64,000 nucleotides of DNA from Zancudomyces culisetae HAW-14-8 (Eukaryota; Fungi; Kickxellomycota), in NCBI GenBank assembly GCA_052426225.1, contig JBNJNM010000012.1, forward strand, positions 806,001-870,000. Direction: 5' to 3'. Under the pieces are notes generated by a model, which searched no databases, was not told the DNA's origin, and worked only from the letters and a program-made list of their open reading frames with translations. Each line of letters opens with the position of its first letter. Position 1 is the first letter of the stretch. Positions 50,444-63,209 of the stretch are shown here, in pieces. The translations under genes and the position numbers were made by a program.

Positions 50444-50643
50444 GCCCGCAGAGTCAAACCATCGCCTCAGCTCAATAATATTTTCTCTTTACAATCAAAT
50501 ATTAACACACGCAAACAAACTCACAAACACACATACACAAACAAACACACACACTTACATATACATACTAAAAATTACCTTGTTTTATACATGTACTAAT
50601 AACTCAACTCTCAAACAGACTCGCATCAAAATATCAACTGAAA

Positions 50644-51519
50644 ATGACCACCCTCGGTTTAGAAAGCGATAAACACGTCTTTTATAATTTTTTACCATCA
50701 AGGGGTTATGCTCTCAGACCTTCATTTGTGGTGAAGAAGGCCGATGGGACATATGTAAATATACTCAACGAGGACTATGCTTTTAATGCATCTCATAGCA
50801 GCAGTAGTTCCGATTCATTTTCTGACTCGCAGCAAAGCTCTTATTCAAGCTATTCAGCCAATCCAAAGCTGTTGCCCGTCATTAATCATTCAAAGTACGA
50901 GAGCCTAGATTTTTACTTGGGTCTAGATTTGAGCAATAATAAACGATACCCAAAGTTTAGCAATGATGGTGGTATCATCGAAAACAGGTTACAAGTAGAT
51001 AGCCGACGTCGAAAGTATAGATGTATGTACCCAAACTGCAACAGTGCATTTACAACAGGGTAAGTCTAAGGCATCAAGTGCATTTGTATTTTTTTATGTG
51101 TTTCGCAGCTAATGAGCTTCATCCTATAATTTATTTTACATATCTACAAAGTGTATTTTTATGTTTTCAGAGCTAAAACGTAAACAAACTTAACTCATTT
51201 CTCAAATGTTGCACTAAATAGAGGCCATCTATCTAGGCACCAACGCATTCATACAGGAGAAAAAAACTTCAAGTGCATATATTCCGGTTGTAATTCCAGA
51301 TTTTCAAGAAAAGATAATATGATGCAGCATTACAGAACACATCTGTCTTCAAAACAGAAAAAGTCTTCATCTTTACAAAGATATCCCTTGGTTAATACGC
51401 AAAACTCCGAGTGTCCATCTAATCGAGATGAGATAAAAGTTCCGTACAATGCTGTCACCAGTAAAACTGACGAGGACCCCGAAGACGGCATTACCTATTG
51501 CGTGTACGCCTATGGATAG
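50644..51519 (+). CDS. Two-finger C2H2 transcription factor, Nrg1-like; 2 exons
   Basis: Exon 50644-51059 plus exon 51222-51519 give [56 protein letters not shown], close to the Nrg1 finger pair (FTTSGHLARH..RFSR.DN..QHYRTH). Confidence 0.88.
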
Positions 51520-53011
51520 TGCTTTATACTCTCCTACATCCCTCCGCGTTTAAATTATCCACCCCACCCCTCCCCTTATCTTCATTCAACCTATTTTTAT
51601 TTTTACTGTATTATACTATATTTATCCCATATATTTATCCCATTTGCTTATCCCCGTATGCTTACCCCCTATATATCCCCTTTCATAGATACACTTATAG
51701 TTAGTATATTTGCGCTATTATCTTTGTTATTTTTATCGCTATCATCACTTTTATACCCTCTTCATTATTCGCAACATCCTCCCCATCTCCCCTAACGTTA
51801 ATACTCAATAAACAATATTGATCATACTACTACGTTTATCTAAATAACAACTAAAAAGGGTCGACTTAATGGTAAATGCGAAATGGGTATTCATTTTATT
51901 TATTTGAGTGGCTTGATACCCTCAAAATTTTTCAAAGTGTGTATCCTAATTAGAGCTGTTATAATACATACACATATTACAACAAGGATTGTGTGGCACT
52001 GATCAAATATGTTCGCTTTTTCACCACTTTCATCCATCGATGTTTGTGAGCTTTGGATAAAAAAACGTTCAAGTAAAAGTGCTTTGCGGGAATTTTGCCT
52101 TCTATAAGAAAGATACTTGGTGCTGTCGGTTTTCCGCATTCCAGCACTTTATTTTTTTTAAATTCGTTTTGAGAGACTGTGGTTATTTATTTGTTTTTAA
52201 GCTTCTATCGAAATAGTATTCCAAATTTCTAGAATAAAAAGAAATATCTTTATGGGGTAGTCACTTTTCAAGAAAAATATGAACACTAATAAATGAATGG
52301 ATGTGCTAAAAAGAATTTGTTTTCTATGTATTGCGCAACTTGGGCCCAAATTATCCCATCCTTTACCACACATATTTTTTAGGGGGTGTTTTTAGCACCT
52401 TGACCATCCACTAGCCACTAGTTTAAATGCTGTTTAATTGGCAGCTTTCACCTACAAACGGAAACCAAGCATTTAGAGGTTTCCCCCCTTATTCTACCTT
52501 TTTTTCCTCATTTTTCACTTTTCATTTTGTTCTGGATTTATATAGCTAATAAATTACGAATTAAAAGCTAGAATAAAACAAAAATACTGGACCTAATAAT
52601 TGGGTCACAATAAACCTAATGACAGGGTAATGTGGGTATTTTGTACAGTTTATGGTATCTCATTCGATCAACATGAGATTATCAGGTAGGGCGTAGCGAG
52701 GAGTCTGTACTATTCAGAGCTCAAAAGTCATATTAAAAGTAACCTGGACCTAAAGGTCTAACTGCCTAAAAGTAGAGTGAATGTGTTCAAGGCATGAATT
52801 AATTTACTATAAATACACAAGTGCTTGACCCGTAATGAACTTTTTCCTTTTTATGCAAAGAATATAAACGCTGGATTTGTATAATAACACCAAAAATAGA
52901 CAATAGGAACACATACACTAGCGCATACCTATTAGTTTTTTTATTTTTTAAAAAGACTAAATAAATGATTGCACCCCCCCCCAACCCGTATAGGATAAAG
53001 TTTGGAATAGT

Positions 53012-55408
53012 ATGTTTAAAAGACTGATTAGCAGGGGTAGCACATCCAAGGAGGACGATGAAAAGACAGTTAATGAAGCAGACAAGGAACATTTAGATGA
53101 AAAGACTGAGAATGCCAGTCAAGGTTATGACACTAACATTGAGGAAGAGGAAGAGGATTCACCATATGAAGTTGTACGAGCAAATGTTAGCCCTAAAGAC
53201 GATGTAGACGCATGTGTTCTTACATTCAGAGTTTGGTCAATAGGAACAACATTTTCTATGCTATTATCATTCATAAATCAGTTTTTCTTCTTTAGACAAA
53301 CACCAATTCGCATAGGATTTCCAGTAATAATGCTGATTACCTTTCTTGCGGGAAGGCTAATGGAAAAGATGATACCTGCCAAAACTATTCGTCCGTTTGG
53401 GATGGAAAGGTATTCCTTTTCATTAAACCCAGGCCCATTTTCAGTTAAAGAGCATGGGTTGCTATGCGTATTCGTTGGAACGGGATCAGCAATTGCCTAT
53501 GCAATTGATGTTATGGTGTTGCAGGAGCTCTATTACAACATCAAGATATCATATATAGAGGTAATCATGTTTCTCATAAGCACGCAGCTGCTTGGATATG
53601 GTTTATCAGGTCTCCTATACAACGTTCTTGTAAAACCAGCAGTGATGATTTGGCCAGATAACTTGGTCAGTTGTTCAGTCCTGAGAGCACTACATGGTAG
53701 TAACGAAAATGATACCCGCAATGGAAAAAAACTGATGTCGAAATACAACTTTTTCTCGCTGGTCTTGATAGGAACATTTTTGTATCAACTTTTACCCGGA
53801 TTCTTTTTCCAGCTACTGGCTAGTATTTCCATACTATGCTTCTTGTATCCAAATAGCATCAAGGCACAGCAGCTGGGTAGTGGAATGACAGGGCTAGGAT
53901 TAGGCTCGTTTACATTTGATTGGACCGTAATTGCTTCCTACTTGGGTAGTCCCCTGGCTACTCCATACTGGGCTGCGGTAAATATCTTTGTTGGATTTGT
54001 GTTCTTTTGTTGGATGTAAGTGTGTTCCTGATTAGTAATATTTATTTTTGATACCTTAAACCTGTGCTGTAAATATCTGAGTAATTCAAAAATTGCAGTA
54101 ATAACCATTGGTATTTCTTTAACTGATTATAGTGTGGCACCACTGGGTTACAGTATGAACATTTTTGATGCAAAGAAATTCCCAATTTATGGAGCAGCGC
54201 TTTTTGATATAAATGGTGGTAAATACAACAAAACAATGGTGACACTACCAAACAGTAGTGGATTAAATGAAGCTGCATATAACGCCTACAGTCCCCTACG
54301 AATTACATATTTCTTTGCCATCAACTATGGCGTTGCCTTGGCCATCATTCCAGCAGCAATAGTTCACGTATTGATCCACAACTGGAGTGAGTTACAAAGA
54401 GCAATTTCGACACACAATGGATTGGGCAAAGAAGATATACATGAAAAGCTGATGAAGAGGTACAAGAATGTTCCATGGTCTTGGTATGTGGTGCTATTTC
54501 TGATAACTGCATTGTTGGGAATGATTGCATGCGAGAAGAAAGCCATCGGTCTTCCATGGTGGGGCATGTTGCTGGCTGTGGCCATAGCAGCAATATTGAT
54601 GTTTCCGTTTGGAGTCGTGTTGGCAATCACCAATGTTTCTTTGGGTGTAAATGTGATATCAGAGTTTGTGGCAGGAGTGATATTTGCAGGAAAACCAATT
54701 CCAAACATCGTGTTCAAAACATACAGCTGTACTGCTATAAACCAGGCTCTATGGCTTGTTGGTGATTATAAGCTAGGCCACTACTTGAAAATTCCACCTA
54801 GAGCAATGTTCATTGTGCAAATTACCGGCTCCACAATAACAGGTGTTGTGAATCTAATAACCACCCGCTTTCTAATGAGTAATATAAAGAATTTCTGTCA
54901 AAAGACAGCATTTCCATGGACATGTCCCAACACCAATGTCTTTTACTCTGCATCTGTAATTTGGGGCTTGATAGGTCCTATCAAAATGTTTGGTTCGCAG
55001 TCGATTTATAACCCGCTTCTCTGGGGATTTGTGGTGGGCGGGCTTCTGCCCTTTATTACGTGGATCTTGACACGAGTTACAAAAAACACATTTTATGTTG
55101 ACAAAATCCACATTCCTATCTTCTTGGGTGCGTGTGCAGTAATGCCACCAGCTGCAGCTGTGGAATTTCCTACGTGGTTTATTGTTGCAACTATATTCAA
55201 CTATTACATATACAAAAAGTTCCACTGGTGGTGGCTAAGATACAACTACATTCTGTCGGCTGCTCTAATGGCTGGATCTGCAATAGCTGGGATATTCATA
55301 TTCTTTGCGTTCCAGATGCATGGTGTAAAGCTACAGTGGTGGGGTAACAAAAAGGACTTTTATTGCCCACTGGCCACTATGCCATCACAACAAATGGCAA
55401 CCCAGTAA
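53012..55408 (+). CDS. OPT-family oligopeptide/glutathione transporter; 2 exons
   Basis: EDSPYEVVRANV, TFRVW, NPGPFSVKEH, STQLLGYG, MIWP, LGSPLATP, DIH.KLMKRYKNVP.W, DYKLGHYLKIPPR, ASVIWGLIGP; intron about 54016-54132. Confidence 0.95.
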
Positions 55409-55704
55409 AAGAGTTGTAGGTTTTTTATTATTTTTTCTCTTCTTTTGGATGTCTTTTTTGTATTATTCTACTTTTCTTTGTATCGTTCAAGTACACGCAC
55501 TTTTAATTATAGTTTTGCACTTTTAAAAATACATTCCCTTAAAATCAAACATATTAGAATTATTTATCTGCCGTTCTTCTAAATAAAGAAAGGATACTTG
55601 ACCAGGAAACATGCTAATTAATTTGTTATTAGACCTCGATCTCGATTAATACGTATAAAAAAAACAATAATAGTGATAATGTAAAAAAAAATTAACCAAT
55701 TGGA

Positions 55705-58700
55705 CTAGATGGTTGAGAAAATGTGTTTAGCCTCGTTCTTGACACGAACATCGGGATCAGAAGTAGAGAGAGTTATCAATACATCCTTGCACTTTGCATA
55801 AAGACTTTGAATAGCGGATGCTGAAGAAGAAGCACTATTATTTAACACTGGCCGTTTTTCCAGAATAATCGAGCATAAATCCAAAGCGACTAGTTTAATC
55901 GAAGAGTGTTTGATGTCAGAAGAGGAAAGAGCCAAAAAGTCATGTACCAGTAGAAATACCCTAGGCTCTGTTGACTCGATGCGTGTAAAGTTGAAGAGAT
56001 AGTGGTAAAACACGTCAAGAAAAGACTGTGCGGCGGCATGCTTTACTATCCAGGGAGTTTCTTTGCAAAATGGAAACAGTGCTTCCAGGATTTCCAAATA
56101 TTGCGCAGTAGAGAGAGCTGTGTTTATAGGTAGTATTTCAGAAATCCCATTAATGCATACCGCTTGCAAAGCTAAAACGGCAGGTTTGGGGGATGAAGAA
56201 GTGCCAATATCTGTACTGGTGTTTCTAGAATCACCAGCCAAGGAAGTGGTAGTGGAGAAGGAGCTACCAGTAAGTAGCGATAGTAGTAGTGACAAAAATT
56301 CGTTGGAGAATTTCGCGTTCAGAGAGTCAGAATATTTGAGTAGCGCACAAGCATTAGCAAGTGCAAATTTCTTAAACACGACATTAGAACTGGTATTGTT
56401 GCTGTTAATAAGAGAAAGCATAAAGTGGTAGATTTCCTCTAGGTTTAGGCCAGAGAGTTTTTCGGGACTTTCTTTGTATTCGTTTGTGGATAAAATAGGT
56501 TCCAGAACTATTGCGAGTTTGCATAGGGCTTCTACGGCAGAAATCTTGCCATCAAAGAATCTTCGAGATGACAAAAGATTTAGCAACTCGTGTATGAGAG
56601 GCACAAGCTGGGAAAGAAATGCAAATTCGGAAGGATCAATGCTAGTGAACGACCTAGTTCTGGTTTCAACTAACGATTTTTGCCTTTCGATGGTGTTTAT
56701 ATGTGTGGAGGCATTGGATTGTTGAAGTTGTTTAGGATTGAATATTGATTGTTTTGCCAAATCAGAAATAACGACAGATGCATGGTTTATTTGCGAAAAG
56801 TCGCCAGAATGCAACATTGGACCGATAAAGCTGGAGATGATATCCGACGTGTGTTTTTTGATTGCAGAGGCATGGAAGTAAGCGGCGGTATTTGCAATAC
56901 AATCCGAGGCAAGCTTGGAGATCTGTGTATTTTCGTCAAACTTGGCAACATAGAGAAGTGAGAAGACCAGATTGTTTGATGATAAATCAACATCCCGTTT
57001 GGAAATTTGGTACAAAACGTTCAGTGAGACCAACCTCTTATCAGCGGACTTGGGGTTGTCGAGATAAATAGTTGCGATTCTGGACATGAGCTTCTCTAGT
57101 TTTTCTAGCGTCAAAAATGGGCAGGTGTATGCAATTGCATTGGACCATATTGAAACCTCCACACCAGTAGACTTTGTTAGTTGGGCCAGTACAGCACGAG
57201 TCAAAATCAATGCATGGTCGTACATTTCATCTCGGCGGTTGACACACAAGTCCATAATAACTTTTGCGACACCAACTCTAGATGGCAGACTTAGTGAATG
57301 CTTTGTTATTTTCGCAAGATCGTGGCAGAAAACGCCAAGGTTCGAATGGTCGAGGTTGTCTAAACATCTTTGAATAATTCTCATTGAGGGCGAAGATGTG
57401 GTTGCGCTGACTCTGGCATATTCGATTTGATCTACGGAGATGTTCCAGTTGTTTGCATTCTGAATAAAGTAATTAACTATTGAATTTTCGTTTTCAGACA
57501 AGCTTTCAAGGAGTTTAATGGAAATTACACAAGAGAATGGTTTAGAAAGCTCCAGTCTTGTGAGTTTATCCAGAAAAGAAATACAGAATTCGCGAACCTC
57601 AGCAGCTGGGTTGCTCAGCCCAGACCCTAGCACCACGTTAACTACCGTTTCCACCAGGTTAAGTGGGTTCTGATCATTTTCCACCATTTCACCAGCATTC
57701 AAAGAGCCAGACTCACACCAAGCAAGAATGGTATTTGATAAACTGTTTGCGAGCTTTAGTGCTTCAGCTCTTACCGAGTCGTTCATATCGTCCAACAATC
57801 TAAACAATAGCGCCCACAACTGATTCAGATGTTTTTCAAACCTTTTGATGTTATCGGTGAGGCTCAGAATTGATGAAAGCGAGTTACACCCAGCTAACCG
57901 AGATTTGTAATCATGTGAGTTCAAGGCAAGCGTGCACTCTTTAAAAATGGTATCCCAGTGTTTGAGAACAACAGATGAGAATGGTGATATAAGCGTGGAG
58001 TCGTGGTTAAGCGCCACATTTGGAGCTGTAGTCTTGAAACAGGATTGCCAGATGATGTTCATTGCTTTAGCAATCATAGTGTTTGTGTTGAAACACTCGA
58101 TATATAGCTTTGGAACCAGTGGAGTAGCTGCCTCAAGTGCTGAATCTCTAGCCCATTTAACCAAAAGTGCTGCATATGAAGATGGACCAATTGAAATTTG
58201 AGTATCGATTCCGCTACCCGCCAAGATTACCAGCTTGTAAAACAAATCTGGACTTTTTATATCCATGGCCAGGTTAAGAATGGTTCTGTACGTTGCAACG
58301 ACGTTGGAATTCAAGTTTCTTCTAAGATCGGTACCACTTGTGGTACTTGAGGAGGGGTTTATAGCTGTCCGTAATTCAGACAAAGGCCCAGTTGAGCCTG
58401 ATCCACCACCTATTGGCGCAGCAGGTCTCCTGACCCCAAGCGAACCAATGACATTATACAGCATTTCGTCTCTTGCTGCCTTGCTTGCATTGAGGATGTA
58501 CAAATTGCTTAGACATTTTCCAGCAACACTTTGTGTAGTTTCATCCACATCTACCAACAAATCGCAAACCAGTTTGTGTAGAGTAATCCCATTAGAGACC
58601 ATAAACGATGATGTTTGGCAGTAGTAACTCAGATTAAATATCCAGCAGGCAGCTGCAAATCTCTCTGTACTGAGTTGAGATTTAGCCATCTTTGGCAATT

Positions 58701-61700
58701 GTTCACTGACCAGGTAATCCCATACACCTGGGGACAAAATACCGGCCAGCTTGGAAAATGGAAACTCTAAGCATCCTTCGTACTGCACTTTTGATAGATT
58801 GGAGTTCCACATTGCAAACACCAGAGGTATGAAATCAGAAACAATCAGTTGTACATCTAGTTTCATAAAGTTGGTCTTTCGTGACCCAGCCAGTTCGCTG
58901 AACACCTTGACAATCTCCAGGTGGAGTTCTGAGAATTCCGAACCTTCTTTTCCAATTCCAAGGCCCATTGCGATGCTAGAAAGTGCTTTCAAGGCCATCC
59001 TCAAATCTTTGTATTCAAGTTTTCCAGTTTTTAGTATTTCGACCAGATAAAAAAGAACATTGGGTTCTTTAAATTCTAGGTTTAAGCATCCAAACTTGCC
59101 AAATTCACACAATCCTAGGCAAACATCTCGAAAAACTACCGATGTATACCTTTTGCTTGCGTTTTTAGTAGACTTCATTTCCAAGTATATTCCTTTCAAA
59201 ATATGACCACTCAGTTCTTGGTACAGAGAAATAGCAGAATCGACCATTGGTTGACATGTTTTGTCGACAGATCCTTCAATGTTAGATACGAGTTTCAACC
59301 TTGAAATTAAAAATCCCATAGTTATCAATTTAAATAAAATTGTATGAGTGTCCATCAGCGTTCCAACCTTGGGATTATCAGGGTGTTCAATGTGGGTGGA
59401 TAGCGTGGAAAACTGTGTCTTGTTATATTCATCTTTTAGCTGCAAGAGATGTTGATTTGTCAGATCCAAATAGTGGTTGAATTCTACAGTATTCATACAA
59501 AACTCTCCAGGGTTTTTGCAAGTTAAACACTTTCTCATGCTTAAAATTCCTAAAGACGCCGCAATGTTGGTATATATTCGATGATCGACACTAGCAGTAC
59601 CTATTTCATACAATACTTCCCAATTTTGAAGAAGAATACCTACAAGGGTTTTGGAACCCAATGTTGAGAATATCCGTAAGATAGTCGAGGCTTTAACATC
59701 ATCGCCACTATTTACAGTCCTTGGATGTTTTTCTTTATCCTTTGGAGAAGCTCTTGGCGTCATACAGATCAAAATGCTTTCGATAATCTTCTTGTTGTTT
59801 TCTGGGATATTGAATACATTGTTCAGATAAACCCATAGTGCTTTTCTAAGATTCAGCTCACTAAAAAGCTTGTTTAAAGCAAAATTCCCACTCTCCCATG
59901 ACTTTAGAATTTTTATTGCTTCCTCGACACCATAACTATCGTCAGAAATCACCCATTGAGGAACAGAATATATTTTCTCTGAGTCAGACTCGATAATTGT
60001 ACAAAGTCCGCAGACTGTCAATAACTGCATGGTAAAACCAAACATATGTTTACGAGAAAGGCTATTTAAGGCGAAGTTGCCGATGTGACCCTTGGATTCG
60101 TCAGATTCACCATTTAGGATATGATTATTCCATGAATTGGTAATAGTAAAAACCATTTCTACCCACTCAACTACGTTTGGCAAAGTCTCTTTGTACGCTT
60201 TTACCCATTTTCTATCTTCTTCAAAATTGGACGATAGCAAACTATCTTGGTAAACAGCTGGTAACTTGTAAAGAACTTTGCTAACATCCAGCGACAGGCC
60301 TGCTAATGCCGCATATCGCACGGAAGAATCCTCACTTCCACTTCCATACACACAAAGCTGTTTGGCCCTTATATTGCTAAAATCCAATCCCTCTGTAGCC
60401 AATCTTAGCACACATAGCTTGACAGAATTATGCTCGGATACACGGAATTTATTCTCCATGATGTCTACAGTCATGTCTACCACCCTTTTATCTGTATTTT
60501 GTAGTAAACCTAGCCCGACTGAATGAATAGCCTCGTATATACTCGTCCTAAGTTTTGCATTTTCGTGTTCCAGAAGAAAAAACAGCATATTGAATGTTTC
60601 TATGGTTGATGAACTTGGAAATCTTGTTGCCAACGTCGACCAAACGCCGTAAATACTCGTTCTAATGACCTCATTACTCTTCCAGCTTTCGTCTAAATTT
60701 ATTTGCCCTTCTGCACCACCTATCCCCAATACCTTCTTGATTCCATACATTATGATGGGCGATGTTTTAATTAAATTGTCCAAATCTAAATTAATGATAC
60801 TAAGCTTCATAAATTTAATCCCCTCCAATCTAATAGAGTCGTTTGTAGTATTTCCAAATAAACTCTCAAAGATTATTTTTGTACATACTGGAAACAACTT
60901 TGAAACAAAAACACTTTTGTTCATATGTTTTATAACCTGTAACCTAACTTTATGACTACATTGATCTCTGTTCATGCCATCAGATCCGCTTCCACCTAAA
61001 AATAACTTTGTAAGCTCCATACAAAGCTATTTTAACAAGATATACAAATTATAAATAAAATTCAGTATCCAACGAGTTCACACATGAATTACAAACAACC
61101 GAAAACAAATGATCAAATAAGTGTGAAAAATGATGAGGATATGCGTACAAATATGAATTGCAACTCACAGTTTGGTTTTCGTAATCTACTTTTTTGAGTC
61201 TTTTAATCGCATCGTCTGAAAATGTACTTATTTCGTGGAAATTCGAATCACAGCTCCCCAGTATCAAAAAAATTAGCTTGAAATCTTCGAGCCCATATCG
61301 AGTAAACTCGGATGACCCAATTATAAATTTGAGGATACCCCTTTTCAGACTTAAGAGGGAAGTTTTATCAGTAGCCCATATGGCCTTTTCATCATCTGTA
61401 AATTTTCCAACTACCTGAGCAGAAAGCCCATTTTGGTAGCTATATTTTTGTTCTGGATTAGTTGGTTTCTTGATAGGGTAATATAACAATACATCCATAA
61501 GCAAACGCGAAATGTAAAGAGCAACGTTTCTATCTATTAGCTTAATCTCTTTTAGCAGGTCCTCGTTTTTCGTTCCAAAGCTCAGTATAGTCTACATTGC
61601 AGTGATATTGTGATGGTTATTTCCCTGTAAACTTCTTTTGTGGCTAAAAGTTCTGTAAATAGAAAATATATCATAAAAATTTACCTGTAAAAGTATAGAG

Positions 61701-62373
61701 TTTATTATCCTTTGTTGTGGCATAGATTTTAAAGTCACTTCTTTCAATAATCTTTCAAGATATAATCCCTTTTCCTATAAATCGAAATTAATGGTTGTGT
61801 TAAATCCTTTCAGCAAAGCGTCAACTAGATTCTTACATTATCCGGGGTCCTCTCAAAGGCCTTTTGAATATAAAACAGTCCCAAATCAATCGATCTAACA
61901 TTCTCGCCAGTCTTTTGGATTTGTGATTCGTAAAGTTCAAATAACTCTTGAATCGGAAGCCTAAGTTCCATTTCCGTTTTTATCCTTTTGTTGACACGAT
62001 TAAGGATAGCCATGATCTAGATATTTAGCCAATTGATCTTTATTTTATAAATCCCTTGACCTCATACATTGATTGTATACATTTCTAAAATATTTAGTAC
62101 CATACTAGCTACGAATATGTATGAAAAACCTACCTTTTCAAGAACTGTATCATTATTGCTATTCAGTTTGTTCAAGAGTGGAACCAGAAAAGTTTCCAAA
62201 AAAGACTCTAGCTTATCTCCTGTATTTGAAAGTGCCAGTTTATATTCCACAGCCTCCAGTAATTCTATTTTTATGGCGAGTTTATATCAGGGAATTCAAA
62301 TAGGAGAAAAAGTATGAGTGTCGCTATAACTATGTAGTGTTAATTACTCACCAATTTCTTTATCCTGTTCCAT
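55705..62373 (-). CDS. ECM29: Proteasome adaptor and scaffold protein ECM29 (HEAT repeats); 6 exons
   Basis: MEQDKEI|ELLEAVEYKLALS..KLESFLETFLVPLLNKL..|IMAILNRVNKRIK..LRLP; LVPKLY, SRLAGC, LFRLLDDMNDSVR, LLESLSENE..NY, RVSATTSSP.M, LPSRVG. Five GT-AG introns join the upstream exons to the 1771-aa ORF. Confidence 0.9.
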
Positions 62374-63043
62374 TTCCTATGCGTATTTACCTGTTGAAAT
62401 GTTAATATGTTAATAATATGTTTTATTAGCTAGGATAAAAGTAAATATAAAATACCAAAATATATATATGAACTCTCTAAATATACTACATTTGAATTGA
62501 CTCTGAAATTCACAAATGCCAAAAATTATGCTAACGTAATCAATACAATTGGGCTGTTTAAATTAAGCGTTAATTGCTTGGCTAATTTCATTGATAGATT
62601 GATCGCCAACATTATTAGGGTAATTCAAAAAACGAGGAACTAAAAGGAACACTCAAGATGAAGTAGAACAAAGTGATAAAACAAACCGCAATACTAATAT
62701 CTGAATACAGGCAGAAAAAAATTGAGGTATACCACTTTTGGAGCTTCTGAAAACGTACATCAGTAATATATCACGCAGAAAATCATCAAGCTACAGACAT
62801 TTCCAATAATAGAGGCAAGAATAATCTATAATACAGATCTGTATTACAAAGTCAAATAGTAATCTAAAGGATAAAGTCGAGTTTGAAAATACTACGAACC
62901 AAATATTGTAATAAATAAAATTAATAAATTAAAATAAAACAATAAAGTACAATAATAACAATGGGCAAAAAAGAGTAGAAAGGGAAAGAAAGAACAGAAA
63001 AAAAGCAAAAACTAAAAAAGCAACAAAAAGTATTGAGAATATG

Positions 63044-63049
63044 AAAAAA
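63044..63049 (-). terminator. RNA polymerase III oligo-dT terminator (T6) after tRNA-Val
   Basis: AAAAAA on the + strand at 63044-63049, 2 nt past the tRNA-Val discriminator; no comparable T-run between the two tRNAs. Confidence 0.8.
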
Positions 63050-63051
63050 GT

Positions 63052-63124
63052 TAGAGCTATTGGGGATCGAACCCAAGACCTTCTGCGTGTAAAGCAGACG
63101 TGATAGCCACTACACCATAGCTCT
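63052..63124 (-). tRNA. tRNA-Val(TAC), 73 nt, no intron
   Basis: AGAGCTA/TAGCTCT acceptor stem plus A73; D arm GGTGTAGTGGCTATCAC; anticodon arm TCTGC-TT TAC AC-GCAGA; T arm TTGGG-TTCGATC-CCCAA. Confidence 0.96.
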
Positions 63125-63127
63125 ATT

Positions 63128-63209
63128 CGTCACCTGCAGGATTCGAACCTGCGCTCCCAAAGGGAAATGGCTTAGCAGGCCACCGCGTTAACCACTCCGC
63201 CAAAGTGAC
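63128..63209 (-). tRNA. tRNA-Ser(GCT), 82 nt, long variable arm, no intron
   Basis: GTCACTT/AGGTGAC acceptor stem plus G73; anticodon arm GTGGC-CT GCT AA-GCCAT; variable arm TTCCC-TTT-GGGAG; T arm GCAGG-TTCGAAT-CCTGC. Confidence 0.96.

Noticed and set aside
31972-63124. Functional clustering of ELP1 (U34 modification) with tRNA-Val(UAC) and a release-factor methyltransferase
   Set aside because: Separated by up to 27 kb of unrelated genes; no evidence beyond coincidence.
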